DNA of 64,000 nucleotides from Octopus sinensis (taxonomy: Eukaryota): assembly GCF_006345805.1 (NCBI RefSeq), contig NC_043006.1, positions 36,394,001 through 36,458,000 on the forward strand. The letters are read 5' to 3'. The notes beneath the pieces were generated by a model. The model worked only from the letters and a program-made list of their open reading frames with translations. It was not told the DNA's origin and did not search any database. The translations under genes were made by a program, and so were the position numbers. Below, piece by piece: positions 50,880-64,000 of the stretch (position 1 is its first letter; each line of letters starts with the position of its first letter).

Positions 50880-51648
50880 GGTATGGTAGGGCCAGTCGGG
50901 TACCATCCGAGAAAAACAGCACAATGACACAGTTCACTCTACCAGAAATTTGGAAATGAAATGCTGCTTGGCATTTGTGCTGGAAACTCCAACATAAACA
51001 TTTTAGAGTGTTTGAGTGTCAATCTGAGGACATTTACCAAGAGTGATAAAAATCAAAAATCCATCAGCGTGTTTGGAGTGATCACTAGTGATGTCAATTT
51101 TATGACTCCATTCTTTTTCCTGCACAACCTCAGACTCAACATGGAGGCCTACATCAAATGCCTGGAGGAGGTAGTGCTGCCCTGGGCCTAGAGGGTGCCT
51201 GCTGGAAGACCCTATGTCTGGCAACAGGACTCTGCACCATGCCACACAAGCAGGAGAACCCATTCATGGCTGTCACACAATTCTGCGACCACATCACCCC
51301 TAGCATCTGGCCACCTAATTCCCCAGACTGCAATCCCCTTGTTTATTATGTGTGGGGTACAGTTGAGCAAGAGACCAACAAAACTCCTTGTAACATCAAG
51401 GAATAACTGAAGGCAAGGATTATGGCAGCATTCACCAACTTAAACAAGTAGACTATCCAAAAGAGTTGCAGGTGATTCCAAAGTCATCTGGAAGCCGTAG
51501 TTGAAGCCAATGGCGATTTTATTGAAGTTACTCTTTAGTATTTCAAGATATTTTTATATAATTTTGGTAAATATATCTGTTAAAATGAGAAGTCAGTGTT
51601 ATTTTAATTTTTGCATAATTTAGATGGCAATAAATGTACTGCACTCTG
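50880..51648 (+). mobile_element. Internally deleted Tc1/mariner DD37D (maT) transposon remnant
   Basis: VWQQDSAPCHTSRRTHSWLS / FCDHITPSIWPPNSPDCNPL(V)YYVWG puts 37 residues between the 2nd and 3rd catalytic positions once one frameshift is corrected. The N-terminal segment is fused to VFGVITSD. The right end is ...GTACTGCACTCTG|TA. The left TIR was not found. Confidence 0.85.
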
Positions 51649-52419
51649 TATATGTCAGGCTTCCACAGAGAATCCATCTACCAAATTCACTTACAAGGAA
51701 TTGGTTGACACAGCTATAAAGACACCTCCCCAAGGTATCATGAAGTGGGACTGAACCCAAATTCATATGGTCGCAAAGCAAGCTTCTTGACTATATAGTC
51801 ACATCTCTGCTTATATATAAAATTTATCTATAGAATTTTTATTTTATATTTTCTAAAAATTTTGTTTTTATATATTTTGAATACAACCTTTGATATCTTG
51901 ATAAATATCATTATCATTGGATGAGAAAATATTCATTGTTCTAAAAATGGCACAGTATAACAGTAATCCTGTTCATTTGTCTGGGCATACCTAGTTTAAT
52001 TACCTAAGGTGGAGTCTGATCAGCTAGCAGTATGAATGATAGAGAATTTGACTAGTTTTCTTGGAATCCCTGTGTCAGGGCCATGAACAAGGGGACTGGG
52101 TATCGAGAGTGGAGTATTGAATGCAGTGGAAAGATGGGTGAAGGCTGTGGTGAGGAAGCATGAGGGGGCTAAAGTGACCTCAATGTTAGCTACTTTTATA
52201 TTATTGCTAAAAGGACTTTTGAGTCACTCTGTATATACATATCTAACTATGGCCATCCCTCAGAATCGAAGATTACTGGGTAATATTATACTATACTTCC
52301 ACTCATTGTTTTAGGTACCCATGTAGTTGCGAGTTGGCATAGATACCTTCTCAACCCTTCCACCCTTGACCCAAGGGATCATCAAGGATGTGACAGCTGG
52401 AGGGAGAGAAGGCTACAAC

Positions 52420-52565
52420 AGCATTCAGTTGGTCCTTTATCAACTGTGAATGGATGAAAAGTAGAGTTGAACTTGGTAGGTTTTGAACTCAGAATGCAGG
52501 TAGCTGGAACAAGTATTGCAATGCATTTTGTTCTATGCTGTAACAACTCTGCTAATCAGCTGCCT
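52420..52565 (-). mobile_element. SINE family A fragment
   Basis: GGATGAAAAGTAGAGTTGAACTTGGTAGGTTTTGAACTCAGAATG...ACAACTCTGCTAATCAGCTGCCTT. Confidence 0.65.
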
Positions 52566-55074
52566 TACACACACACACACACTCATACATGCATGTGCAC
52601 ACACTTGTGCGTGTATTCATTCATGCATGAATATATACAGGGGTGTATCAGGTAATGCTGTATTTCATTAGGTTTTACATTTTAAAATCTAACTGATGGA
52701 GCACATGGCATTTATTTGTGTTGTGAAGCAATATGTGTATTATATAACCTTATACAAACATTAGAACATGCTGCTTTTGTAATAAAAATATATTCTTTTT
52801 TATTACATGCACACACATACCCACAAATACATGTTTCTAAATCTGTGGTTTCTCGACAGATGCTTTGTATTGCTTTCTGTCTTTTACGTGTTATTTTTCT
52901 CTTTAAATTGTGTTTGTGTGTGAGGAAGTGTAGAGATTGTAAATTGCATGTATTTCTTGAAAAACAGTTTTCTGCTAACTTTTGTTACAAATTAGTAGTC
53001 AGGTTATATAATGTTTTGTCATGGCTAATTGGCACTGAACATTTGCAGTTATGCAAGTAGCTAGATACTTAAATGGTGTCCCCTCCCTAAATGGGAATCT
53101 CATTCACTGAAGAACTGGCTACCAAGGGGCTGATTAACAAGCAATGTATTAAGGTCTGGGTAAATAAAATTATATAGTTATATAACTTGCACGTGCCAGC
53201 TATCCCACAAATAATGGCAGTATTTAAACATTAATACAATGTTAAATGCTTTGTTATTTATGGGACATCTTGAAAAACTGAGAAGGATACAAAGAAGGTT
53301 TTGTCAGATTTCAAATAGATTGTTACAAGTGTCAGTGGATAAACGATTTGTGCCTTGTGCAGACCCATTCAAAGCTTCCTCACTATGTCACCATAGAAAA
53401 CCATATATGTAAGTGATGGCGATGATGAGAAGAATATGCTGATAATCCTAGCACTTCAACTGCACTTGTCAGGGGAAAGCATGCCAAAGGCTATGGGCTG
53501 CACCCATCTTTCTGCTAAATGCATAATCTTATAACACCTGTTGTTAATAATTCTTAATTCTTGATAATAATATAAAGTATTGATAGTTTCTAATTCTTTG
53601 AATACTACACTCCTGTGGAAGAAAAGTTGAAATCTTGGCAGAAGCCCTGGTCAGCTTTAGGCCTCATTAGAAGATACATGCTCTTGACCATACAACCGTG
53701 AATGTGTTTATGTGTGTGTGTACATTTATGCATTCGTGTGTGTGTGTACATGCATGTATGTATATATACATACATACATCCAGCTATAGAAACATTGCCA
53801 GATCAGATTGGAGCCTGGTGAGGCCTCCTGGCTTGCCAGTCCTTATTCAAACCATGCCAGCATGGAAAATGGATGTTAAATGACGATGATGATGATATTA
53901 ATAAGTACCAAGCATGTCATTAATTACTTCTACAAATGCTGTTCTCCACATGTGTATCTTAATTAGTAATAACCTAATTAGTACAACTTAGAGAATTCTT
54001 GATGAAACTTGTATTTTCTCATTAATGCAAGAATGTAATACAAAATACTTTTGTGGACAGTACTTCTGACAAGCTACAAATTGCTAACACTTGACCTGGG
54101 GATAACAGCACAGGACAAACAGATCAATGAGGGAGCCTATATGTAGGTAGTAATTCTACTAGAAATAACAGCTAAATCTTCAAACTACATGCCATGATCT
54201 TTAAAAAATGGAAGGACACTTTATATATAGTACTCTAAGATACATTGTGTCTGAATAAAAGATAAGTTGATCACATCTGGACTGCCTTTGATCATAGGTC
54301 TGCTCAGTCAAGTTTACCTGAAGCTAATACATTTTCACTAAATCATCATTTTGTATTGTTTAGACATTGAATGTTTAACTATTTCTCAAATGAATTCACC
54401 TCTCACCTGTCATTGATTAATTTTATTAGAGAGAAAGTGGTGAAGGGCAGGTGGCAGAAATATTAGATTTACTGTATTTAGTCACCACACTGTTTTGAGT
54501 TTAAATCCCACTGGTGTCATCTTGGCCTTCAGGCAATCAATACTAGTTATGTACTGATGTCTGTACAGTTGAATTCCTTACTTTCTGGGTGAAGTGTTTT
54601 TTTTTTATTTGTGTGTGTGCATGAGTGTGTCAATGTTAGAACTGATTACAACAGTGGAGGGCCAGACACAATAGTGTACTTGACACAATGCTTTTCTGTG
54701 TCTATGTCTGGCTTTTTATCATTTTGTACAGACACAGATGCTGCTGTGTGGTTAAGAAGCTTACTGTCTTGACAGCATGTGCAGGTCATGTTGGTGGTTT
54801 CCAGTCTTCTATGAAAAACATGTCTGGCCATAGGGAAGTCTTACCTTATCTGGAAACAGGTGAAGGTTGGCAACAAGAGGGACATCTAGTTAGAAAAATC
54901 TGCCTCGGCAAAATCCATCTGACCTATGCTGACATGATAAAGTGTACATTAAATAATAATGAATTCAAATCCCAGTGAAGCCAATATAACCTTTCACAGT
55001 CTACTAAGTTAAAGAAGTTTCAGTCAAGTACCGAAGTTAATTTAATTGAATATTCCCTCTCACCTATAATCATC

Positions 55075-55330
55075 ATTATCGTCATCGTCATTGTTTAACA
55101 TCCGTTTTCCATGCTGGCATAGATTGGACGGTTTGACTGAGGTCTGGAGAGCCAGCGGCTGTCCTAGGCTGCAATCTGATGTGGCAATGTTTCTACAGCT
55201 GGATGCTCTTCCTAACGCCAACCACTCCAAGGGTTTAGTGGGTGCTTTTTACATGCCAGCGGCACAGGAGCCAGTCAGGTGGGCCTGGCATCGATCACAT
55301 TCAGATAGTGCTTTTTACATGCCACCAGTA
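55075..55330 (+). mobile_element. Interspersed repeat, family C
   Basis: CATCATTGTTTAACATCCGTTTTCCATGCTGGCAT-type head, CTACAGCTGGATGCTCTTCCTAACGCCAACC core and TTTTACATGCCA subrepeats. Confidence 0.85.
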
Positions 55331-55888
55331 AAGATAATTGTGGCCTTGTGTTTTGTTATTTACCAGGAAGATATCTATTCTTAAAGTTTGAGTACATTTT
55401 CGATAATTCCCTTGTTTCCATTCTCATCTTCAGAGTGATTACATTTGTTTCTTTAATATTTTTCCAATTTATATTTTCGAAAGTGTTAGAAAACAAATTT
55501 TGTCTTCTCTATTTCCATTTCTGTCACAGCTACATAATTACCAGGTTGCACAGTAGTTACTATTCCTGGCTCAATAGCTCTTGTATTGTTCGTATTGTTT
55601 GAGCCACTTCCATATTGGTAGTCTTTGTATCATTTCTTTTGTGTCAATCTCACACTCTGTATATCTGTATTTAGATCAGGAGTATGTAATTCTTAACACT
55701 AATTATATTAGTTAGATATATTGATGCATTCATATAGATTCTTTTATTGTAGCAGTCATACACTGTGGCCATACTGGAGCGCTACCTATCAAAAGAAAAA
55801 AAAACACTGAAAGAAAATAATATATTTTGAGCCTACAAGATTCTATGTTGCTGTTTGACTTTGAAGAAATAAGTTGAATTACCTTCAG

Positions 55889-55925
<37 letters not shown>

Positions 55926-56869
55926 TGTGTTTGATAAGTTTATTAAGTACCAATGTATAAAGCTCTCAGCTCTTGAGTCATTAACTTCTGCTGATTATTA
56001 GGTATACACACACACACACACACATTGTGAATACTGAAGGGTTAAAGTGTACATTTCCAGGAGTGGAAGGGTAAATAGCTAAGTAAAAGACAAGGGCAAT
56101 TCCAGATGATTGGGAGGAGGGCTGCTCTAAATAACAGGTAATACAAGCCTTGGGTTTCGATATGGTGCTGGTGTGGGATGGTGGGGAGAAGAAAAGTGAA
56201 AAAGCACAGTACCCACGTGGGTGAGAGTGAGAGAGTGGGTGGATAAAAAGTAGCTAAGAGAGCTAATTGTGAAATCCAACTCTAATATCATAGCCATATT
56301 CATGTTTTGCATGGAATGGTGAATTAGTGAGATTTGTGTGTGTGTGTGCATGCATACACACACTTTATCTTACTGTTTTCTATCCAAGGAAGTAGGAGGG
56401 GAAATTGTTTGCCAACCAGACAGACTAAGGAAAATTATATTACATTTGAATAAAAGACATAGAACAAATGTAATGGTAAGATTTGAACTCATGAATGGAT
56501 GTGGCTGTGTGGTAAGAAGGTCTTGGGTTCAGTCCCACTGCATAACACCTTGGACAAGTGGCTTCTACTGTGGCACTGGACCAACCAAAGCCTTGTGAGT
56601 GAATTTAGTAGATAGAAACTGAAAGAAACTGTCACACGTGTGTGTGTGCGTGTTTGTATGTACCCTTGCTTAGACATGTTGTAAATGAGCATCATTGGCA
56701 TACAAGCAATGTTCATTTCTAGTCTTCTGTGGAAAATATGACTGTGCTTGGAAATAGGTGAAGGTTAGTGACATAAAGGGCATCCAATCATAGAAAATCT
56801 GCCTCAATAAATTCCATCTGACCCATGGAAGCATGGAAAAGTGGATGTTAAATGACGATGATCATCATG

Positions 56870-57100
56870 TGATATGTTGCTGAGCACCTTAATTTCACAA
56901 TATTTTGCCTCCTTAATAAATAATCTCCTAAACAGCAAAGAGTTCTTTTTTAGCAAGCGCTTAACTACAGTTTCATGGAGTGAAGCTGATGAAAAACAAA
57001 TCAACTCACTTCAGATAGGACACCAGTGTGCTGTAGCAAATATTCTCAGATAATATTGTATCTATTCTTAATGGACAGACAGTCATATTTGGGTTGCCTT
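56870..57100 (+). mobile_element. Possible decayed RTE-type LINE fragment
   Basis: A roughly 60-codon open frame ending VSWSEADEKQINSLQIGHQCAVANILR* is loosely like the RTE motif ETWxxxxxxExxLxxFHQRCLRxIL. Confidence 0.3.
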
Positions 57101-59269
57101 TATAGCATATGAAAGAAAGATTTTTCTACATGCATGTTTTATTGCTTTATCATGTATTCATCTTTACTTATCATTTTATTTTTTTTCTATTTTATAATTT
57201 TAGGTAAGTGTTCAATCCAAATCCTGTCCTCAGTATCTTCAACAACCTTGTGAATTTGTATGTTACTTCTTATAAAGCTAAGTATACACATATAACCTTT
57301 GAGTCTCTGTACAGTATTTTTCAAAAATCTCAAATGTCTTACTCTTCTTATCGAAGACTTATTCAGAATGACATATACTGGTTGGATTGTGAGAGAGAAA
57401 AAAAACAAACCTTTATTAAATGTGCTTACTAGAAATGTAGCTCTTTCTCTTTCTATATATATCATTATTTTACATATTATCAACACTGAATTGACTTGGA
57501 ATATTAACCAAATTTAAATAAACATATTTCTGAAATTTCTACCACAAAATCAATATAGATTCATGATTTATGTTTTTCAATACTACTAACTTACCTTTGG
57601 CTGTCTCTGGTTCTGATACAAAACTGTTTATTTAAAGTGTTCACATTTAAATTTAAACATTTTGGTTTGTCTCAGGAGGGTCATTATGCCAATAATAAAC
57701 ACCTGGCATAATAACTCTCTCAAGATACAACAGAATGTTTCAATACATGAAATCATATCAAGAATCTTGCAAACCAAATGCAAAAAGTTATATTTAAACT
57801 TTTCTATCAGGTTTGCATCAGAATTCGAACTTAGAATATAAAGCTTAAAAAAAAAAACACGCACGCACGCACGCACACACGCACGCACACACACAAAGAA
57901 AAAAAATCTAAGGCATTTTGTACAGTGCTCTACCATTTCTGTTAATCCACCTCCCTAATATTATTGTAAAGAAATACTATTATTCATAAGTCAGCATGTA
58001 GACAGCAAATTGGTGATGTCATTTTAGTGTCAGAGGATAGAAGATAAAGTTAGCTCTGGCTGGAATGTATCTAAAAGCTGATAGATAAAGTATTAATTCA
58101 GGACATTGGATTAGTGGAACCATCCTGTCACATCTAATAAACATCTACAGGAAATATGTTGATAGTAGGTTGATGTTCTGAGTAGAAAAGGATTAAAGGA
58201 GAAAAAGGTGGTCAGTATGGAGCCTTCATAGATGTTACGAGGAAGTGAGATGGGTGTATTGTGAGCTTGGGTATGTGGAGAGATGGTATGCAACTAGCTT
58301 GTTCTGAATAGTAGAGGCTGATGTAGCAGCTATAGAAAATGCAGAGAAAGGAAACTGCAGGTCTATGAGCCAGATGTTATACATAACTCTATTTCAAACA
58401 AAGCTTTATGAACCTAAAGCTTTATTCCAAACATTATGGGGAAATTGATGATCTAGAAAATTCTCATGAAGCTTTTTCAACTTACTGAATTGAAACAAAC
58501 TGAATAAACCATTGTTTTTATAAAAAGAAGAAGAAAATGATGATGATGATAATAATAATAATAAATTTTAAAATGATGATAATAATAATAAATTTTAAAG
58601 CTAAGAAAACTAAACTTTCATTCTTTTTCTTTTGTTCTTTAGGAAGAGTCAATATCATTGAAAAAACTTGCATTTACTCAAATCTGAAATGTCTTTAATT
58701 TAATCATAATCTTAATGAAGACATATGTATTAAAATGATTTTCCTCATGTTTTACTCTGTTTTCCTTTAGATAAGACATTTTGCTTAAAATGATATCTAA
58801 CTTCATAAATTTACCTCAAAGTTTCTTGTGAAATAACTACAATTCACTATCTAGCAGGTAAATCAGCGAGTTTTCTCACAAAAACAAGATGATGTGGGTG
58901 AAAGATGGCAATAAGATATATTTGCTAAAATAGCAAATGTATCTTTGATGCAGGATGTGTAAGGGCCGTTTCAAGCCATATAAAATTGAAACACTTATCA
59001 TTGTAGGGCATGAAAAATATTCTGCAATACATCAATAAGAAGAAAAACCATATTAATTACCATTTCGAGGCTCAATCATCTTGTTGACATTACTTCAAAA
59101 TTTCTGTGTATTAAGTATTACAAAAACAACAAAACTTTTCTATCTGCCCCTTTGCTTTGTACTCTTAGCAAAAAGGTAAAGTAGAGCAGTGCAAGATCAA
59201 CATCACATACATTCCTAAATCTGGTTGAAGCAAAAGAATCACTATTATGTATTAGATAACTATATGAAT

Positions 59270-59435
59270 GGTGCAGGTATGGCTGTGTAGTAAGATATTT
59301 GTCTCCAACCACATGGTTTTGGGTTCAGTCCCACTGGTGGCACCTTGGATAAGTGTCTCCCATTATAGCTCCAGGTTGATCAGAGCCTTGTGAATGGATT
59401 TGGTAGATAGAAACAGAAAGAAGTGTGTGTGTGTG
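59270..59435 (+). mobile_element. SINE family B head
   Basis: GCAGGTATGGCTGTGTAGTAAG...CCAACCACATGGTTTTGGGTTCAGTCCCACTG. Confidence 0.8.
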
Positions 59436-59439
59436 TAAA

Positions 59440-59704
59440 GGGTAAATACCCCCTTTGGTCATGAATGACCATGGGATTGCACTAGAAAGTTCCCCTCCAA
59501 GACACAAGTCTGGGCAAGGTTGTTTATGATAGATCAGCAGTTGTTCATGTATACCAGCCTCTCCTCTCCACACCACCAATGTTATCCAAGGGAAAGGCAA
59601 AGGCTGATTCAGCTTGGCACCAGTGACATGGCAACTCATTTCTACAGCTGAGTGAACTGGAGCAATGTCAAATAAAGTGTCTTGCTCAAGAACACAACAC
59701 GCAA
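59440..59704 (-). mobile_element. SINE related to family F
   Basis: Reverse complement contains GTGTTCTTGAGCAAGACACTTTATTT...CTCCAGTTCACTCAGCTGTAGAAATGAGT. Confidence 0.7.
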
Positions 59705-59817
59705 CCCATTGCTTAAAATTATTGCCCATATTTGAATTCTAAGAACCGTATTTCGTGAAAGATTTCTCTTTGACGAAAGTTAGAATTCAAATATGGGCAG
59801 TAATTTTAACCAATGGG
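59705..59817. mobile_element. 113-bp palindromic MITE-like hairpin
   Basis: Arms 59705-59742 and 59780-59817 match at 36 of 38 positions as inverted repeats, with CCC...GGG termini. Confidence 0.75.
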
Positions 59818-60674
59818 AAACTAATAATTATACCTATTCGGCCAACATGACCATTACGTCATATTACTGCCAATAAAGGTTTGTTATGACTTGCTACAAC
59901 TTCATGTGCTAATTGTAAACCGTGTAAGCAGTGTCCTTTGTTTCTAATTTTCCAGGAAAAAATGTCTGGTCATGGGGAAATATTACCATACTTGGCAACA
60001 GGAAGGGCATCTAGCTGTAGAATATCTGCCTAAACAAATTCCACACAATCCATGCATGCATTGAAAAGTGGGCATTGAAACAATGATAGTGATACATCAG
60101 AAAGATGGTGTTTTTGAACTCTTTTGTTATTATATTTTTGTTGAAATTCACTGCCTTCATTTCAATTAATTTTAAAAATAATCAGTTGTCAGTATTAAGT
60201 GGGTGTTTGGAACATTAATTAATGCAAAATTGTGATGGAAGGTTTTCATTTATATAATTTTAAAACAAGATCTTTGTATCACAGAACCAGGTGGGTTTGT
60301 ATTAAAAGGGTTGAATTAAGGTGGGTTTTGTTTTGTTTTGTTTTTTTCTTTTGAAGTGTTTCCTAAAAAACTGATGGTCTGAATCAAATATTATGGAATA
60401 CTGCCAGCAGCATGCTACAACAGGAACAATGAAACAAACAAAATGTAATAAATATATGAGAAATTTTAAAATGCAGGAATTTTCAGCAGAATGCATGGAA
60501 ATTGCCTCATAATGCAAGAAGGTTACTAAGCTTGATATCATTATGATCATCATTTAACATCCATTTTTCCATGCTGGTATGGGTCAAGCAGATTTTCTAT
60601 GATTGGATACCCTTCCTGTCACCAACTCTAACCTGTTTCCAAATAAGGTAATATTTTCCCATGGCTAGGCATGT

Positions 60675-60704
60675 ATGATGATGATGATGATGATGATGAT
60701 GATG
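60675..60704. repeat. (ATG)n microsatellite
   Basis: Direct inspection. Confidence 0.95.
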
Positions 60705-62986
60705 CTTATTTACAACCATCTCATGATGCCTGGAGAAAGGTACATACAAACACGCACGCATACACATATATATACATACATGTGCATGCACATGTGTGTA
60801 TGTCCCCTTAATAGAATTCTTAAACCAAATCAGCATGATAAAATAAATGACAAGGCTTGACTTTTGAATTTTGGTTATAGTCCATTCAGCAGGCTTCCAC
60901 ACTACTCCTGTTTCATTTTACAACATGATCTAGGTTGACATGAGGTGATGGTTAAAGAAACTAATCCGAAGGGTTGTGCAGTGAGAGCAAACCTGAAACT
61001 GAATGTTTAGATTACGATATGAGCTTCTTACCCAAACAGTTATGTCTGCAATCAACTGCATCCTTCTCTCCACATATACAGACAAACACTCATTGTGAAA
61101 GTTTTTTTTTCTTCTTTCAATTACTTAAAATCAAATGGACAGTAAGTAAAAGTATATCAGGGTGATATAGGGATGGAAATAGTTTTCCTAAAAAAAATGA
61201 CCTCTTTTTGAGAGGTAATTTGATTTTAAGTAATTAAAAAAAAAAAAAACTTAAAATATGGAACAAATTTTTTATTATTATCTCTTAATGTCGTCTCATT
61301 GGTTTTTGATATTACGAATTCGAAAAACTGAAACTGCGTCTTCTGTAATTGATATTGTTATAGTTGTTGTTTTTATTGGTTGGGAACTTTGTTAATATTT
61401 AGAATAAATATGTGTGTTTTTCTTCCTATTTCTCTCTTTATACCTTTTGTTCTTTCTCTCTTTATTGTCATAAGGTTCCCATTAACAAAAGGGTGCAAAG
61501 AGTTGTGTCTGGTGGTTGTAGTAATGTGGTGTATAGGGCAAGGTTGGAGAAAGTCTATATGTGTTTCTCTCTTTCTCTCCTCATAATTTCTGTTTCATCC
61601 CTCTCTCTCTCTTTCTCTCTCTACATGTAGTTCGTTCTTTCTATTTTCTTCCTCTCTCTTCTTCCCTCTCTCTATCACACACACACACACACAAATCATA
61701 GATTCCATTACTGTGAGAATGTAAAGAGTTAGGTGAGTAAGATGTGTGTGTATTTTGGTCCCCACTTTCTCTCTCTCTCTCTCTCTTTATTTGTGTATGT
61801 GTAGCGAAGCTCATTTGCTCATGTAGTAGAATGAAATGTATTGATGATGGTGATGTTGGTTGCAACAGCAGTATTGGAACCATGTAGAGAAGACTGGAGT
61901 GTGTGTGTGTGTGTGTTTTGGGGTCAGTTAAAGTCAGGTGCAGTGATGTTGTCTAATTTATCATTTTATATCTTTAATGAGTTTCATTGTTGTTAAAATT
62001 AGACTCTGTGTGATTTAGATTGGATGAGGGTTGTACTGTTGGTGGTGTTGTGATTGCTAGATCATGAAATTTGCTGATGTGGTTTAACCCCAGGTCAATT
62101 CCAGTGGAGCAGATCTATGAATGAAATCATTCCATCCATGACTGTAACATTGTTTTAAGGATCTGTAGAATGTAGGGCTTCAATATCTAATGTAACCTTT
62201 CCTTTCTCAAGATGGTAGGGTAGCATTTGAAAGATATTTGGTTGCTATTTATAGCAGATCAAGTAATCTCATATCTGGATGTTATGCTCATGAAAATTGT
62301 AGTGGTTTCTACAAGATAGTGGTGAAAGTTTAGCAATGTTTCTGGTGAGTTGGGGTTATGGTACTGTACTTGTTGTTTAGCCAAGTAGACTCATAGCATA
62401 TAGGTAGCTGGTAAGGTGAAATGTTAATTCAAATTGTTGTTGTTGCTTTGCTTAGCTTTAATTGAGCAGATCTATGATCAAAGGCATTCTAGCTATGACC
62501 ATGCTACCTTTTTGATGTATAAAGAACTATATTGTCCAGTATGTCCTTCCTTTTTTAAGACAAAATAATGTGATTTGATAGAGATTTGCCTGATATTTTT
62601 TGCTGATTGAGCAATCATATAGAAACTCTTTTGTGGATCATCCAAAGGGACACATGTAGTGAGAGGTTTGCCTTCCCAAAATGGCATTGGTTACCCTTAC
62701 TGACAAACAAAAATAAACCTGTTTTGCTAGCAACCTTTGTCAGCTACAACCTTTTTCATGCAAGAGAATTCTTTCCCTGTAAATGTGGGTCTATGATGCC
62801 TGTCAAAGATAACAAATAACTGCAATCTAACATTCTCTGTTGGATGAAAGCTCTTCTTGTAAGAACAGAAAATGTTGAAGTCAACTCTAGATACATTATA
62901 TCCACAGTCTCTCTTAAATGAGAAATTCTTAAGCAGGGTAGATGTTGGGAGGAACATGCCACAGTCATATTGTGTGTATACATGTG

Positions 62987-63092
<106 letters not shown>

Positions 63093-64000
63093 TACACACT
63101 TTCAACACAGTCATTGAATTTAAAACAAAAACCAAGATTAACAAATTGCAGGATTCATTACCAGATGGTGAAGAAGAACAGTACTTCTGCAGCAGTGAAC
63201 ACTTTGAAAAAGTGAAGTACATAGAGAAGATAAGCACAAGTGATATAGTTTAGCAAAGTATTGATGGTGCTGGTGGAGTGGCAGTCCTTGCAGTGGTAAA
63301 TGTGTACATGTGTAATTTTTGTTGAATAGTGAGGACGCTTGAGACAAGAAAACTTTATGCAATACTTCACCAGCTCAGTATAGCATCATTGCGAATCTCC
63401 ATTAAGGAGCTCCCTAATATCTTCAAAATTGGAACCAATTTGTGACTATAAATTATATGATATGGATATGCATAATCAAAGAATGGTCACACATATAATA
63501 CAGATCTAGCTCAATGCAAGTATATCTTTGTCTAAGTGATGTCTAACAATGACATTTCTTACTTGTTACCATTGCCACCAGTAAGAGAGAGAAGGGCAGC
63601 AGCACCTATGGCATTATCTTGGGGCCCTCAAGATTGAAGTGGATGTGTAAGTGAAATAAACATGACTCATGAAAGCATTGCACCCACAAATTTTGAGTTA
63701 TTTGAATGCTTCTATCTGATTAGAGACTGCTAACCACCCTCAAGGTCCTGGCTGTGGTATTAAACAGAAAACAAATTAGGTTTATTACTCTTGGTTTTCT
63801 CATTGTTAACATACAACATTGATTTGTTGTAAACAAATTTTCTTCAAAGTATGTATTAATAAGAATGTATGTAAAGAAACAGGCATAAAGAGAAAGAAAT
63901 ACCCAGAAAGCAATCCTGATGATTGGGGGAGAAAATTGAATTGCCATCCTTTTGTTAACAGTAAAGTACATTATACATAATGAATATTGTATAATATTGT

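Noticed and set aside
58643-58687. Possible plus-strand terminal exon EESISLKKLAFTQI*
   Set aside because: Only an acceptor and 14 codons, which is expected by chance.
61310-61330. TTACGAATTCGAAAA considered as a heat-shock element
   Set aside because: The spacing does not fit alternating nGAAn pentamers.

Overview
AT-rich, repeat-saturated eukaryotic genomic DNA, most likely from an octopus (coleoid cephalopod). This is inferred from the recurring tRNA-headed SINE families and dense (TA)n/(CA)n microsatellites, not from a database match. Most of the window is SINEs and short interspersed repeats, microsatellites and decayed transposons. Recognisable remnants include CR1/L2-type and RTE LINEs, a young 5'-truncated CR1 with a (TAAC)n tail, a Tigger/pogo transposase, an internally deleted DD37D (maT) transposon, a Gag zinc knuckle, a foldback-like element, a palindromic MITE and a Penelope-like end with a decayed hammerhead ribozyme motif. 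Most ORFs in the supplied track are microsatellite artefacts. No host gene could be named, and I found no rRNA, intact tRNA or CRISPR array. The best host-gene leads are a phase-compatible chain of small minus-strand exons (about 7.9-26.1 kb) and a pair of RFX X-boxes next to an ATG|GTGAGT donor at about 2.5-2.6 kb; both are unverified. I found no convincing new biological system. Repeat boundaries are approximate (tens of bp).
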